A DNA stretch of 64,000 bases, from NCBI GenBank assembly GCA_016177875.1, contig JACOUL010000008.1, positions 15,432 to 79,431 of the forward strand. The letters run 5' to 3'. The number at the start of each line of letters is the position of its first letter. Position 1 is the first letter of the stretch. The notes under the pieces are model-generated. The model was not told the origin of the DNA and searched no databases. It saw nothing but the letters and a program-made list of their open reading frames with translations. Below, piece by piece: positions 34,276-44,509 of the stretch. A program made the position numbers and the translations under genes. This DNA is from Burkholderiales bacterium. Its GTDB lineage: Bacteria; Pseudomonadota; Gammaproteobacteria; Burkholderiales; Burkholderiaceae_D.

Positions 34276-35943
34276 ATGTCCACCGATTCCGTTCCAAATT
34301 CAAGCGATGCTTCCTCCGAAGTCACCGAAATCCGCCATGTGCCTTCGGAGCAGATCGCGCGCGAAGTGGCGCGGCGTCGCACTTTTGGCATCATTTCTCA
34401 TCCTGACGCAGGTAAGACGACCTTGACGGAAAAGCTCTTGCTGTTTTCCGGTGCCATTCAATTGGCGGGCACCGTTAAGGCGCGTAAGAGCGGGCGGCAT
34501 GCAACCTCGGATTGGATGGAAATCGAAAAGCAGCGCGGTATTTCGGTTGCTAGTTCCGTCATGCAATTCGAGTATCGAAATCATGTCGTCAATTTGCTCG
34601 ATACTCCGGGCCATCAGGATTTCTCGGAAGATACCTATCGCGTGTTGACGGCAGTCGATTCGGCGCTGATGGTAATTGATGCGGCAAAGGGCGTCGAAGA
34701 GCAGACCATCAAATTGCTCAACGTGTGCCGCATGCGCAATACGCCGATCCTGACGTTCATGAACAAGATGGACCGCGAGACGCGTGATCCCTTAGAGTTG
34801 TTGGATGAAGTCGAGTCGGTATTGAAAATTGAATGCGCGCCGGTGACGTGGCCGATCGGCATGGGAAAAACCTTTCGCGGCGTCTATCATTTATTGCGCG
34901 ACGAGATCTTATTGTTCTCTGCGGGCAGCGAGCGTGCCGATCAGCAATTTGAAGTAATTAAGGGCATCGACAACCCGCGCCTTGCGGAAATGTTTCCGTT
35001 GGAAATCGAACAGTTAAAGATGGAAGTGGAACTGGTTCACGGCGCATCGCATCCGTTTGATTTGGATGCCTATCTTGCCGGTATGCAGACCCCGGTTTTC
35101 TTCGGTTCGGCCATCAATAATTTTGGTGTGCGCGAAATTCTTGATGCTTTGCTTGACTGGGCGCCTGCGCCGCGTTCGCGCGATGCAACGGTACGCCCAG
35201 TCGAACCGAGCGAAGCGCAGTTTTCCGGTTTTGTATTTAAGATCCAAGCCAATATGGATCCCGCTCATCGGGATCGCATCGCTTTTCTGCGGGTATGTTC
35301 AGGGCGTTTTGAGCGCGGCATGAAGATCAAGCATTTGCGTTTGAATCGCGAAGTGAAAGTATCCAGCGTCGTCACGTTTATGGCGGCGAGCCGCGAACAA
35401 GTTGAAGAAGCGTATGCAGGAGATATCATCGGCTTGCCCAATCACGGCAATATGCAAATCGGCGATAGTTTTTCCGAAGGAGAGCTTCTACAGTTCACCG
35501 GCATTCCTTACTTTGCACCGGACTTTTTCCGCGTGGTACGAATCCGCAATCCGCTTAAAATTAAGCAATTGCATAAAGGTTTACAGCAACTCGGCGAAGA
35601 AGGCGCAGTGCAAGTATTTAAGCCGATTCACGGTAGTGATCTCATTCTCGGCGCGGTTGGTGTGCTGCAATTTGAAGTCGTCGCAAGCCGATTGATGAAC
35701 GAGTACGGCGTCGATGCCGTATTTGAAGGCACGAGCATTAGCAGTGCGCGCTGGGTGACGAGCGATGATAAGAAAGCGCTCGCGGATTTCGAAAAATCAA
35801 CAGCAGGCAACAACATTGCTTATGATGCCGCAGGAAATATGGCCTATCTTGCGACTTCTGCCGTCAACCTCAGGCATGTACAAGAGCGCTGGCCCCTGCT
35901 CACTTTCCACGCGACACGCGAACATGCGGTGAAATTCGACTGA
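34276..35943 (+). CDS. prfC: Peptide chain release factor 3 (RF3)
   Basis: 555 aa translational GTPase: G1 motif [21 protein letters not shown], and RF3-type C-terminal domains. Confidence 0.9.
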   Translation: MSTDSVPNSSDASSEVTEIRHVPSEQIAREVARRRTFGIISHPDAGKTTLTEKLLLFSGAIQLAGTVKARKSGRHATSDWMEIEKQRGISVASSVMQFEYRNHVVNLLDTPGHQDFSEDTYRVLTAVDSALMVIDAAKGVEEQTIKLLNVCRMRNTPILTFMNKMDRETRDPLELLDEVESVLKIECAPVTWPIGMGKTFRGVYHLLRDEILLFSAGSERADQQFEVIKGIDNPRLAEMFPLEIEQLKMEVELVHGASHPFDLDAYLAGMQTPVFFGSAINNFGVREILDALLDWAPAPRSRDATVRPVEPSEAQFSGFVFKIQANMDPAHRDRIAFLRVCSGRFERGMKIKHLRLNREVKVSSVVTFMAASREQVEEAYAGDIIGLPNHGNMQIGDSFSEGELLQFTGIPYFAPDFFRVVRIRNPLKIKQLHKGLQQLGEEGAVQVFKPIHGSDLILGAVGVLQFEVVASRLMNEYGVDAVFEGTSISSARWVTSDDKKALADFEKSTAGNNIAYDAAGNMAYLATSAVNLRHVQERWPLLTFHATREHAVKFD

Positions 35944-36096
35944 TTTTCCTGTCGTCAATTCCTGCGGCATCGGTATTTTTTTCACTCTAGCAGGCAAACT
36001 TTTCATTCATTGCGCATTCTCAAACTGAAAATGCGTTGAATTTTTATACTCTACACACGGTCTGAACATGACCGGCGAATAACTATATTGTTGTAA

Positions 36097-36120
36097 ATAT
36101 CCATATCCATATCCATATCC
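36097..36120. repeat. Hexanucleotide repeat (ATATCC)4 immediately upstream of the 36156 gene
   Basis: Four perfect tandem ATATCC units at 36097-36120, running directly into ATGG. This is 36 bp before the ATG of the downstream gene. Confidence 0.8.
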
Positions 36121-36155
36121 ATGGCTGGAAAGAAGAAAGCGGAAAAGGAGCTGAA

Positions 36156-36692
36156 ATGCTGACTGCAACTTATTCACTCGCCACTCTCTCTGCCGAACAA
36201 AAAAATACGCGCAGCATCCTGTTCAAGTTACAGCAACATATCAAGAGCATTCTGTATGACCTGCATAACTTGAACCGGAATTGTGTAGAAAATGTATTGG
36301 TGAAGTTAGAGCAGTTCGAGGAGTATTGTCATCGCCGTAAAGTAGAAATTTATGTCATCCCGGCGATCCGCAAAGTAACGCATGAAGCGGATCCGATTTT
36401 GGAGGAGCTGGAATCGCTGAGCTTTAAAGCGGTAGGTATCTTGCGCGCATTGCGTGAGCAATTGATCAATGCATTCGAGCAAGGCATGATTGAAGTAAAT
36501 AAGGTCTGTTCGTCAATCGAGCAGTACTGCGGTAATTTGATGAAGCGTTTGACTAAGGAAGAGGATGAGCTTCTACCGATGGCGAGAGGTTTGCTGCCCA
36601 TTGAGGAGTGGTTCAATATTGCATCGAAATTGCTTTCGGAGGAAGGCAGCAAAAAATCCTTGCCTCCCGCGATCGCGCAATTGCCTGCCTAG
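36156..36692 (+). CDS. Hypothetical protein, possibly hemerythrin-like (HHE cation-binding) domain
   Basis: 178 aa helical protein with spaced His/Glu residues (H..., EEDELLPMAR) reminiscent of hemerythrin-like domains; weak. AAGGAG RBS. Confidence 0.35.
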   Translation: MLTATYSLATLSAEQKNTRSILFKLQQHIKSILYDLHNLNRNCVENVLVKLEQFEEYCHRRKVEIYVIPAIRKVTHEADPILEELESLSFKAVGILRALREQLINAFEQGMIEVNKVCSSIEQYCGNLMKRLTKEEDELLPMARGLLPIEEWFNIASKLLSEEGSKKSLPPAIAQLPA

Positions 36693-36695
36693 TTT

Positions 36696-37160
36696 TTAGG
36701 CGCCTATCCAAGGCAAGCCTGCCTTGCACCAGCCGGTCACTGTTTTACGGTGGCCGGCTTCGTTTTTATCCCCTTCGAATCCTTCGAGAATATCGAAACA
36801 CTGAGTGAATCCATTTTCTGTCGCGAGTTTGGCGGCATGGCGCGAACGTATGCCGGAGCGGCACAGAAACAAGAGAGGTGTTCCCTTATCCGCTGCTTGC
36901 ATCAATTGCGCCAAGAAATCCGGATTAGGAACACCGCCGGGATACAGGTTCCATTGAACGGCGATGTGCTGGGATGCCGGAATCGTGACACGTCCGACCC
37001 AATCGCGCTCGGCATTGGTTCGAACATCAACCAGCTTAATGGCGGGATCGGCTTGCAAAAGTGCGTACGCTTCCTGGGGTGTGACAGCACCCGCATAGGG
37101 ATAGCTGTGGTCAGCTGCGCGTTGCCGGGCTTGAGAAAAAACGTCGTTTTTCGCGGTCAT
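36696..37160 (-). CDS. Rhodanese-like sulfurtransferase (single domain)
   Basis: 154 aa with the active-site Cys loop CRSGIRS and surrounding rhodanese fold residues. Confidence 0.7.
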   Translation of the reverse strand: MTAKNDVFSQARQRAADHSYPYAGAVTPQEAYALLQADPAIKLVDVRTNAERDWVGRVTIPASQHIAVQWNLYPGGVPNPDFLAQLMQAADKGTPLLFLCRSGIRSRHAAKLATENGFTQCFDILEGFEGDKNEAGHRKTVTGWCKAGLPWIGA

Positions 37161-37252
37161 GGAGGAAGAACTATAAGGGACAGTTACTCATTATAGCGGT
37201 GCCGCTCGCGCTGCCAGGTTGCCGCTTGAATTCGTATGCCATATGCTGAAAT

Positions 37253-37309
37253 TCACCGAATTGGTGCAATTCATGATGTGTACGGCTTGAATGCACTAAA
37301 TTGGTGCTA
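37253..37309 (+). promoter_or_regulatory. Two NtrC-type enhancer sites (TGCACC-N5-GGTGCA-like) upstream of glnA
   Basis: tTCACCgaattGGTGCA (37253-37268) and TGCACTaaattGGTGCT (37292-37309), centres about 40 bp apart. They lie 140-190 bp upstream of a -24/-12-like element. Confidence 0.45.
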
Positions 37310-37444
37310 AGTGATATGACTGCACCACGATGACGCATTGCACTGAATTTTTATTTCTAAAGCAAAGCGTGAAACTAAATGATAAGTCCTTGCAAATTCA
37401 GGGCTTTCCGCAATCAAGAAATAGACGACTTTCGCTTAGGGTTG

Positions 37445-37460
37445 TGGCATGGAATCTGCT
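37445..37460 (+). promoter_or_regulatory. Candidate sigma-54 promoter for glnA (TGGCAT-N5-CTGCT)
   Basis: The GG and GC dinucleotides have the correct 10-nt spacing, about 115 bp upstream of the glnA ATG and downstream of the NtrC-like sites. Confidence 0.45.
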
Positions 37461-37574
37461 ATCATCTCGGGCTGAATTTTTGATCTCACTCAAATTCGTT
37501 CGTGCTGCAGTATTCGCACGTTCATGATCGCACTACCGATTATTCTGTTTCATTTCCCTTTTTAGGAGATTCGC

Positions 37575-38990
37575 ATGGCACTGACGGCCGCAGACGTCTT
37601 AAAGATGGCAAAGGAAAACGAAGTCAAATTCGTTGATTTCCGTTTTGCTGATACCCGAGGCAAGGAACAGCACGTGTCCGTGCCGATTTCGCAATTTGAC
37701 ATGAGCAAATTCGAAAGCGGTCACGCGTTCGACGGTTCTTCCATCGCAGGCTGGAAAGGCATTGAAGCGTCCGACATGTTGCTGATGCCGGATCCGAATA
37801 CCGCGAACATCGACCCCTTCATGGAAGAGACCACGATGTTCATGCAGTGCGACGTCATTGAGCCGTCCGACGGCAAGGGTTATGACCGCGATCCGCGTTC
37901 CATCGCCAAGCGCGCAGAAGCCTATTTGAAAGCATCCGGCCTGGGCGATACCGCTTACTTCGGCCCGGAACCTGAATTCTTCATTTTCGATTCCGTACGC
38001 TGGAAAATCGACATGTCCGGTTGCATGGTCAAGGTCGATTCCGAAGAAGCTTCCTGGTCTACCGACCGCGAATTCGAAGGCGGTAATACCGGCCATCGTC
38101 CGTCAGTGAAGGGCGGCTACTTCCCGGTTCCCCCGGTCGACAGCTTCCAAGACATGCGTTCCGAAATGTGCCAAATCCTGGAAGCCATGGGTATTCCGGT
38201 TGAAGTGCACCACCACGAAGTAGCCGGCGCCGGTCAAAACGAAATCGGTACCAAGTTCTCGACGCTGGTACAACGCGCCGACTGGACCCAGAACCTGAAA
38301 TACATCGTGTGGAACGTTGCTCACACCTACGGCAAGACCGCAACCTTCATGCCGAAGCCTATCGTCGGCGATAACGGTTCCGGTATGCACGTTCACCAAT
38401 CCGTTTGGAAAGACGGCAACAACCTGTTCGCAGGCGACGGCTATGCCGGTCTGTCCGAATTCGCGCTGTACTACATCGGCGGCATCATCAAGCACGCTCG
38501 CGCGCTGAACGCCATCACCAACCCGGGTACTAACTCCTACAAGCGTCTGGTTCCTGGCTTTGAAGCACCGGTGAAGCTGGCTTACTCTTCGCGTAACCGT
38601 TCGGCTTCGATCCGTATTCCGCACGTGCCGAGCCCGAAAGCGCGCCGTATTGAAACCCGCTTCCCGGATCCGTCCTCGAATCCGTACCTGTGCTTTGCTG
38701 CCCTGTTGATGGCAGGTCTGGATGGCGTTCAGAACAAGATCCACCCAGGCGATCCGGCTTCTAAGGATCTGTACCATCTACCGCCGGAAGAAGATGCGAA
38801 GATCCCGACCGTGTGCTCCTCGCTGGACCAAGCGCTTGAGTACCTGGACAAGGATCGCGAGTTCCTGACCCGCGGCGGCGTGTTCAGCGACACCATGATC
38901 GACGCTTACATCGAGTTGAAGATGCAAGAAGTGACACGCTTCCGCATGACGACTCATCCGATCGAGTTCGACATGTACTATTCGCTGTAA
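37575..38990 (+). CDS. glnA: Glutamine synthetase type I
   Basis: 471 aa with the GSI signatures, including the adenylylation-site region (NPY) and the ATP-binding motif [16 protein letters not shown]. Confidence 0.95.
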   Translation: MALTAADVLKMAKENEVKFVDFRFADTRGKEQHVSVPISQFDMSKFESGHAFDGSSIAGWKGIEASDMLLMPDPNTANIDPFMEETTMFMQCDVIEPSDGKGYDRDPRSIAKRAEAYLKASGLGDTAYFGPEPEFFIFDSVRWKIDMSGCMVKVDSEEASWSTDREFEGGNTGHRPSVKGGYFPVPPVDSFQDMRSEMCQILEAMGIPVEVHHHEVAGAGQNEIGTKFSTLVQRADWTQNLKYIVWNVAHTYGKTATFMPKPIVGDNGSGMHVHQSVWKDGNNLFAGDGYAGLSEFALYYIGGIIKHARALNAITNPGTNSYKRLVPGFEAPVKLAYSSRNRSASIRIPHVPSPKARRIETRFPDPSSNPYLCFAALLMAGLDGVQNKIHPGDPASKDLYHLPPEEDAKIPTVCSSLDQALEYLDKDREFLTRGGVFSDTMIDAYIELKMQEVTRFRMTTHPIEFDMYYSL

Positions 38991-39016
38991 TCCTTAGATT
39001 TTTAAGGCAAAAATTG

Positions 39017-39047
39017 AAAAGGGCGGGAATTTCCCGCCCTTTTTTTG
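39017..39047 (+). terminator. Rho-independent terminator after glnA
   Basis: GGGCGGGAATTTCCCGCCC hairpin followed by T8. Confidence 0.7.
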
Positions 39048-39202
39048 TTCTATAGCTTGCCTGCCGGAAGCTATCCTAAAGGTAAGAGTGGTTGTGGTAA
39101 GAATGCATTACAAATTATTAAGATTGTCTGCAAACAATTGTAAATCCTTGATTCTTATCCTAAACTGACATTCCGCAATAATAGTTTCGTTTTGGAAATA
39201 TT

Positions 39203-39694
39203 ATGAAGCAGCTCATTTTTGTCCCCTTTCTGTTTGCCATCCTGGGCAGTTATGCGCATGCGCAAACCGACGTCTATGTCTGCACGGATGAGCGCGGCAA
39301 CAAGGAATACAAGAACACCGCCGCCGGCAGCACTAAGGGCTGCAAGCGTGTCGAATTACCGGGTATTACCACTGTCCCCGCGCCGAAGCGCCCGGTTGTG
39401 GCGCAAACAGCCTCTAAATCGGCTTCGACCCCTGCAGATTTTCCTAAGGCCGACGGTAGTGCGCAAAAGGCACGTGACAATGATCGGCGTCAGATTCTCT
39501 TGGACGAATTGAAAAATGAAGAGCAGAAGCTCTCCGTGCTGCAAAAAGAATTCAACGGCGGTGAGCCGGAACGCCGTGGCGACGAAAAGAATTTTGCTAA
39601 ATACCAGGAGCGGGTCGGTCTCATGAAGGAGGATATGAGCCGTACCGAGAAAAATATCGAAGCGCTTAAACGCGAGATTTCCAATCTTAAGTAA
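39203..39694 (+). CDS. DUF4124-type secreted protein located between glnA and ntrB
   Basis: 163 aa: signal peptide, then the DVYVCTDERGNKEYKNT motif characteristic of DUF4124, and a C-terminal coiled-coil region. Confidence 0.6.
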   Translation: MKQLIFVPFLFAILGSYAHAQTDVYVCTDERGNKEYKNTAAGSTKGCKRVELPGITTVPAPKRPVVAQTASKSASTPADFPKADGSAQKARDNDRRQILLDELKNEEQKLSVLQKEFNGGEPERRGDEKNFAKYQERVGLMKEDMSRTEKNIEALKREISNLK

Positions 39695-39716
39695 GCAGGT
39701 ATGACCCTTGCATAAA

Positions 39717-39746
39717 GTTGGCCGCGCAAGCGGCCGATTTTTTTTT
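39717..39746 (+). terminator. Rho-independent terminator after the DUF4124 gene, immediately before the ntrB start
   Basis: GGCCGCGCAAGCGGCC hairpin followed by T10. The ntrB ATG follows at 39748. Confidence 0.55.
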
Positions 39747-39747
39747 T

Positions 39748-40827
39748 ATGGACTCCAATAGAAACACAATTTCTCTAGACGGATTGGATTTGCTGGCATC
39801 GGCCGTCATGATCCTTGATGCGGACGATCGTGTCGCGTACGTCAATCCGGCTGCCGAGCATTTGCTTGAGAGTTCGATAAAGGCGCTCACGCATCAGAAA
39901 TTCGCGGATCTTTTTTCGAATGCAGGCAATCTCTCTGCGGTTTTTCAACAGGCGGCGAATCACGTATTTGCCGATAAGCGTCAAGACTTGACCTTGGAGC
40001 GGCCGGGGCGTGAGCCCCTGCATGTGCACGTGATCGTTACGGCGCTCGATAATCCAGCGACGCCCATTTTGATCGAGCTGCGCGAAAACGAACAGCAGTT
40101 AAAGCTCGATCGCGAAGAGCGCTTGATCGATCAGAGTCTGGCGAACAAGGAATTGATCCGCAATCTCGCGCATGAAATCAAAAATCCCTTAGGCGGCATT
40201 CGCGGCGCGGCGCAATTATTGGAATTGGAACTCCCCGAGCGGCATGTGCGTGAGTTGCGCGAATACACGCAGGTGATCATTAAGGAAGCGGATCGCTTGC
40301 AAACTTTGGTGGATCGCTTGCTTGAGCCGCATCGCAGTCCGCACATTGTCGGCGACGTCAATATCCATGAGGTATGTGAACGGGTGCGCAGTCTGATCGT
40401 CGCCGAATTTCCGAACGGCCTAACAATCAAGCGCGACTATGATTTGTCGGTGCCGGAATTCCGGGGCGACAAAGAACAGTTGATTCAAGCCGTGTTGAAC
40501 ATTGCACATAATGCTGCCCAAGCGCTGTCGGAAAGAATTCAGGTCGGTGATGCACAATTGACATTGCAGACCCGAATCGCGCGTCAAGTCACCCTTGCTA
40601 AGGTGCGTTACCGGCTGGCATTAGACTTGCATATCATCGATAACGGACCAGGTATCCCACCCGAAATCCGAGACCGCATTTTCTATCCATTGGTATCAGG
40701 GAGAGAAGGTGGCAGCGGCTTGGGGCTGACGTTGGCGCAAACCTTTGTGCAGCAGCACTTAGGGGTGATTGAATGCGAAAGCAGGTCGGGATGCACGGAT
40801 TTCCGGATTTTGATACCGTTGCCTTGA
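39748..40827 (+). CDS. ntrB: Nitrogen regulation sensor histidine kinase NtrB (GlnL)
   Basis: N-terminal PAS region, H-box (LAHEIKNPLGGIRGAAQLL) and a HATPase_c domain; followed by ntrC. Start chosen at the internal ATG after the terminator. Confidence 0.85.
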   Translation: MDSNRNTISLDGLDLLASAVMILDADDRVAYVNPAAEHLLESSIKALTHQKFADLFSNAGNLSAVFQQAANHVFADKRQDLTLERPGREPLHVHVIVTALDNPATPILIELRENEQQLKLDREERLIDQSLANKELIRNLAHEIKNPLGGIRGAAQLLELELPERHVRELREYTQVIIKEADRLQTLVDRLLEPHRSPHIVGDVNIHEVCERVRSLIVAEFPNGLTIKRDYDLSVPEFRGDKEQLIQAVLNIAHNAAQALSERIQVGDAQLTLQTRIARQVTLAKVRYRLALDLHIIDNGPGIPPEIRDRIFYPLVSGREGGSGLGLTLAQTFVQQHLGVIECESRSGCTDFRILIPLP

Positions 40828-40879
40828 ATAGGCCTAAGCGTCACGAGCGCGCGGGCTGTGTCTGGACTACTGGGAAAAT

Positions 40880-42430
40880 ATGAAGCCAATCTGGATTGTA
40901 GACGACGACGAATCGATTCGCTGGGTGCTTGAGAAAGCCCTCGCTAGAGAGAACCTCGCCACAAAAAGTTTTTCCAATGCGCGTGACGCAATGGACGCGC
41001 TGCAGACCAGCACTCCGCAAGTTTTAGTGTCCGACATTCGCATGCCGGGCGAGTCCGGTCTCGATTTGCTCACCGCTGTCAAAGCCAAGCATCCCGGCCT
41101 TCCGGTCATCATCATTACAGCATTCTCCGATTTGGATTCGGCCGTAGCGGCGTTCCAGGGCGGCGCTTTCGAATACCTTGCCAAACCCTTCGATGTCGAT
41201 AAGGCGGTCGAACTCATTCGGCGCGCGCTAGAGGAGAGCCTGCGCGAAACCAGCGTTGAGCAGATCTCGGCGGATACGCCCGAAATTCTCGGCCAGGCGC
41301 CGGCGATGCAAGACGTATTTCGCGCGATCGGCCGCTTGTCGCAATCGAATGTCACCGTGCTGATTACGGGAGAATCCGGTACCGGCAAGGAGCTGGTGGC
41401 ACGCGCATTACATAAGCATAGCCCGCGTGCGGATCAGCCGTTCATCGCATTGAATACCGCGGCGATTCCCAAGGACTTACTGGAGTCGGAGCTATTCGGC
41501 CACGAGCGCGGCGCGTTCACCGGGGCACAAGCTACCCGGCGTGGGCGCTTCGAGCAGGCGGAAAACGGCACACTCTTCCTCGATGAGATCGGCGATATGC
41601 CCTTTGATTTGCAGACGCGTTTGCTGCGTGTGCTGTCGGATGGACACTTCTATCGTGTCGGCGGTCATCAGCCCTTGAAGGCGAACGTGCGCGTGATCGC
41701 AGCGACCCATCAGAACTTGGAAAATCGCGTCAAGGAAGGCTTGTTCCGGGAAGACTTGTATCACCGCTTGAACGTGATTCGTCTGCGCTTACCGAGCCTG
41801 CGCGAGCGCCGTGAAGACATTCCTATTTTGACGCGCTACTTTCTCGCGCAAAGCGCCAAGCAATTGGGCGTGGAAGCCAAGCGTATGTCGGACAGCGCCA
41901 TGCAGTTTCTGTCCAGCCTGGACTTGCCCGGCAATGTGCGCCAACTGGAAAACTTATGCAACTGGATCACGGTAATGGCGCCGGGCCAAGCCGTCGAGAT
42001 CAAAGATTTGCCGCAAGATTTGATCAATGAAAAGGGCACTGCACCGGCCAATTTTATGCCGCCGACCGCTACCGGCTTTGGATCGTCGCAGCTTCAAAAT
42101 GGTGCGGCGGCCAACTATGACGCACCGAATGGGAGCGGGTTTCCGTCTGGAATCACCAATTCTGTACCAGCCGTCTTGTCCCATGCAAACGGCTCACATT
42201 CGGATAGTTGGATCAGTTTGCTGGAATCTGAAGCGGCTCAAATGTTGTCGGCGGGTCAACCCGAAGTGATGGATGCACTTGGCCGGCAATTTGAATCCGC
42301 CTTAATCAAGACCGCTTTGAAACATACTCATGGCCGCAAGAACGATGCCGCGGTACGCCTAGGCATCGGCCGCAACACCATCACGCGCAAGATTCAAGAG
42401 CTGGGCATTTCCGGCGTTAAGGACGAATAA
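40880..42430 (+). CDS. ntrC: Nitrogen regulation response regulator NtrC (GlnG), a sigma-54 activator
   Basis: Receiver domain (IWIVDDDESIRWVLEKAL, conserved D), AAA+ sigma-54 interaction domain (GESGTGKE, GAFTGA, ESELFGHE) and a C-terminal Fis-type HTH. Confidence 0.9.
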   Translation: MKPIWIVDDDESIRWVLEKALARENLATKSFSNARDAMDALQTSTPQVLVSDIRMPGESGLDLLTAVKAKHPGLPVIIITAFSDLDSAVAAFQGGAFEYLAKPFDVDKAVELIRRALEESLRETSVEQISADTPEILGQAPAMQDVFRAIGRLSQSNVTVLITGESGTGKELVARALHKHSPRADQPFIALNTAAIPKDLLESELFGHERGAFTGAQATRRGRFEQAENGTLFLDEIGDMPFDLQTRLLRVLSDGHFYRVGGHQPLKANVRVIAATHQNLENRVKEGLFREDLYHRLNVIRLRLPSLRERREDIPILTRYFLAQSAKQLGVEAKRMSDSAMQFLSSLDLPGNVRQLENLCNWITVMAPGQAVEIKDLPQDLINEKGTAPANFMPPTATGFGSSQLQNGAAANYDAPNGSGFPSGITNSVPAVLSHANGSHSDSWISLLESEAAQMLSAGQPEVMDALGRQFESALIKTALKHTHGRKNDAAVRLGIGRNTITRKIQELGISGVKDE

Positions 42431-42498
42431 GCGCCAGGCACGACCGCATGACGCGGTCGTGTGTCTTCTCAGCAGCACGGCCGTTTCCTCGGTAAAAT

Positions 42499-43458
42499 AT
42501 GTCGAGGCATTTGGTCATGATCTCACTTCTTCGCGGGCGTTTCGCCCTTCATTCTGCCGACGGTCGTTTATATGCAGTGCTTGCTGCATGCGGCTTTTCG
42601 CTTAAAGCGGTTTTCGTCAAGCTGGCTTATGCTGCCGGCCCGGTCGATGCGCTGACTCTGCTTGCTCTGCGCATGGGCTTCGCTTTGCCCATATTTCTCT
42701 GGTTATTGCACAAGAGCGCAAATGTATCGGCACCTCGCCTTACGCGAGTCGATATGGGCCACGTCCTGTTGCTCGCGTTTTTAGGATACTACCTATCGAG
42801 CCTGTTCGACTTTCAAGGCTTGGTCTACATCACCGCGGGGCTGGAGCGTTTGATCCTGTATGTGTATCCCACTTTGGTGCTTCTCATGCAGGCGTGGATG
42901 AACAAACGCCGTCCGGACGCCAAGGTCGCGTGGGCGCTGGCGATTTGTTATCTTGGTTTAGCCATTGCATTTGGCCATGACATTCAGCAGAGCGGGCACG
43001 GCGCCAACGTGCTCACCGGCGCGGCGTGGGTGTTTGCCAGTGCCGTCACCTATGCGCTTTACTATTTGGGTACCGGCGCGGTCGTCACTCGATTAGGGTC
43101 GACGCGTTTAGCCGGTCTTGCGGGAAGTGCGTCTTGCGTGTTGGTGATTGCCCATTTTTTATTGCTTGGCCGTATAGAAGTTTTATCGACGCTGCCTCTC
43201 GCCGTATGGACGTACGCGCTTCTGATGGCATTGATATCCACTGTACTGCCGATCTGGTGGTTGTCGATGGCGATTCAGCGGCTAGGTGCAGAGCGTGCGG
43301 CCACTGTCGGCACCCTAGGGCCGGTTCTCACCATTTTTGCCGCTTGGCTTCTCCTGGCGGAACCGTTGTCGGTCTTGCAGTTGGTGGGTTTGGGCCTCGT
43401 TATGCTGGGAGTGCTTCGATTGAAGCCGCCCGCATCGACAGTTAAACCGGAAGTGTAA
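42499..43458 (+). CDS. EamA/DMT-superfamily transporter
   Basis: About 10 TM helices in a duplicated EamA-like arrangement. The start may be at a downstream ATG. Confidence 0.55.
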   Translation: MSRHLVMISLLRGRFALHSADGRLYAVLAACGFSLKAVFVKLAYAAGPVDALTLLALRMGFALPIFLWLLHKSANVSAPRLTRVDMGHVLLLAFLGYYLSSLFDFQGLVYITAGLERLILYVYPTLVLLMQAWMNKRRPDAKVAWALAICYLGLAIAFGHDIQQSGHGANVLTGAAWVFASAVTYALYYLGTGAVVTRLGSTRLAGLAGSASCVLVIAHFLLLGRIEVLSTLPLAVWTYALLMALISTVLPIWWLSMAIQRLGAERAATVGTLGPVLTIFAAWLLLAEPLSVLQLVGLGLVMLGVLRLKPPASTVKPEV

Positions 43459-43498
43459 TGAATGTTGCATTCTTATCGCATACTCAATTAAGGAACAT

Positions 43499-44509
43499 AT
43501 GACCGGTTTCATCCTTGAACTGGCGGCAATGTTGCTGGTTATTCTCGCTGCTTCCGAGTTGTTTACCAATGCGCTCGAACACCTCGGCGAAAAATTGAAA
43601 ATTTCCGAAGGCGTCACCGGTTCCTTGTTCGCCGCTGTCGGCACCGCGCTGCCTGAAACGATGGTGCCCTTGCTTGCATTATTTGCCGGCACCAGCAACA
43701 TGAAGGTCAATGAAGAAATCGGTGTCGGCGCTATTCTCGGCGCGCCTTTGATGTTATCCACCTTATCTACATGTTTGATGGCGATGTCGATTTGGAAGCG
43801 GCGCGGCGCTACCGGGATTGTCGCTCCCGAACGCAGCGGATTTGTCCGCGATCTGCATTTTTTTCTCTTTGCCTTTGCATTGGCTGCAGCAGCGATGTAC
43901 GTGCCCCAAGAAGACCGATACCTGCGCGGCACGTTGAGCCTGGCATTACTGTTGACTTACTTCATATACATCATGCTCACGCTACGCGCATCGGCGCAAT
44001 TGGTCGACGAAGGCCATGGCACGGAAGCGAACGACAAGATGTTCTTCTCGCGAATCGGACTGCCGACGAATTTTTTGACTATCCTGATTCAATTAGGCGC
44101 CGGCTTAGGCTTGTTGATTTTCGGGGCGAAGGGATTTATTAACGGCGTGGAAGGACTGGCGCACATATTAGGCGTGTCCGCGCTTTTGCTTTCCCTTTTA
44201 ATCATTCCTATCGCGACCGAATTGCCCGAAAAGGTGAATAGTATTCTTTGGATACGGCGCGGCAAAGATACGCTCGCTTTCGGCAATATCACGGGCGCCA
44301 TGGTGTTTCAAGGCACGCTGCTTCCCGCTATCGGCATTATGCTGACGCCTTGGCAGCCGCGTATTGAGGTGCTAGGCGGCGTAGCGATCACCTTGCTTGC
44401 CGCTGCTTGGCTCCGTCTTAACGCGCGCAATAACGGATTGCCGGTTTGGACGCTCTTCGTCAATGGCGCGTTATACGTGACATACCTTACGATCACGCTG
44501 AAAGGATAA
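43499..44509 (+). CDS. Sodium/calcium exchanger (CaCA family) membrane protein
   Basis: Two alpha-repeat regions with GS(L/A)F...ELP/ETMV-type motifs (GVTGSLFAAVGTALPE, ATELPEKV). Confidence 0.7.
   Translation: MTGFILELAAMLLVILAASELFTNALEHLGEKLKISEGVTGSLFAAVGTALPETMVPLLALFAGTSNMKVNEEIGVGAILGAPLMLSTLSTCLMAMSIWKRRGATGIVAPERSGFVRDLHFFLFAFALAAAAMYVPQEDRYLRGTLSLALLLTYFIYIMLTLRASAQLVDEGHGTEANDKMFFSRIGLPTNFLTILIQLGAGLGLLIFGAKGFINGVEGLAHILGVSALLLSLLIIPIATELPEKVNSILWIRRGKDTLAFGNITGAMVFQGTLLPAIGIMLTPWQPRIEVLGGVAITLLAAAWLRLNARNNGLPVWTLFVNGALYVTYLTITLKG

Noticed and set aside
36696-37160. Rhodanese gene as part of a selU-like 2-selenouridine system linked to selD
   Set aside because: The protein is a single 154-aa rhodanese domain without the SelU P-loop domain, and it lies about 15 kb from selD on a different transcriptional unit. 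Assigning it to selenium metabolism has no support in the sequence.
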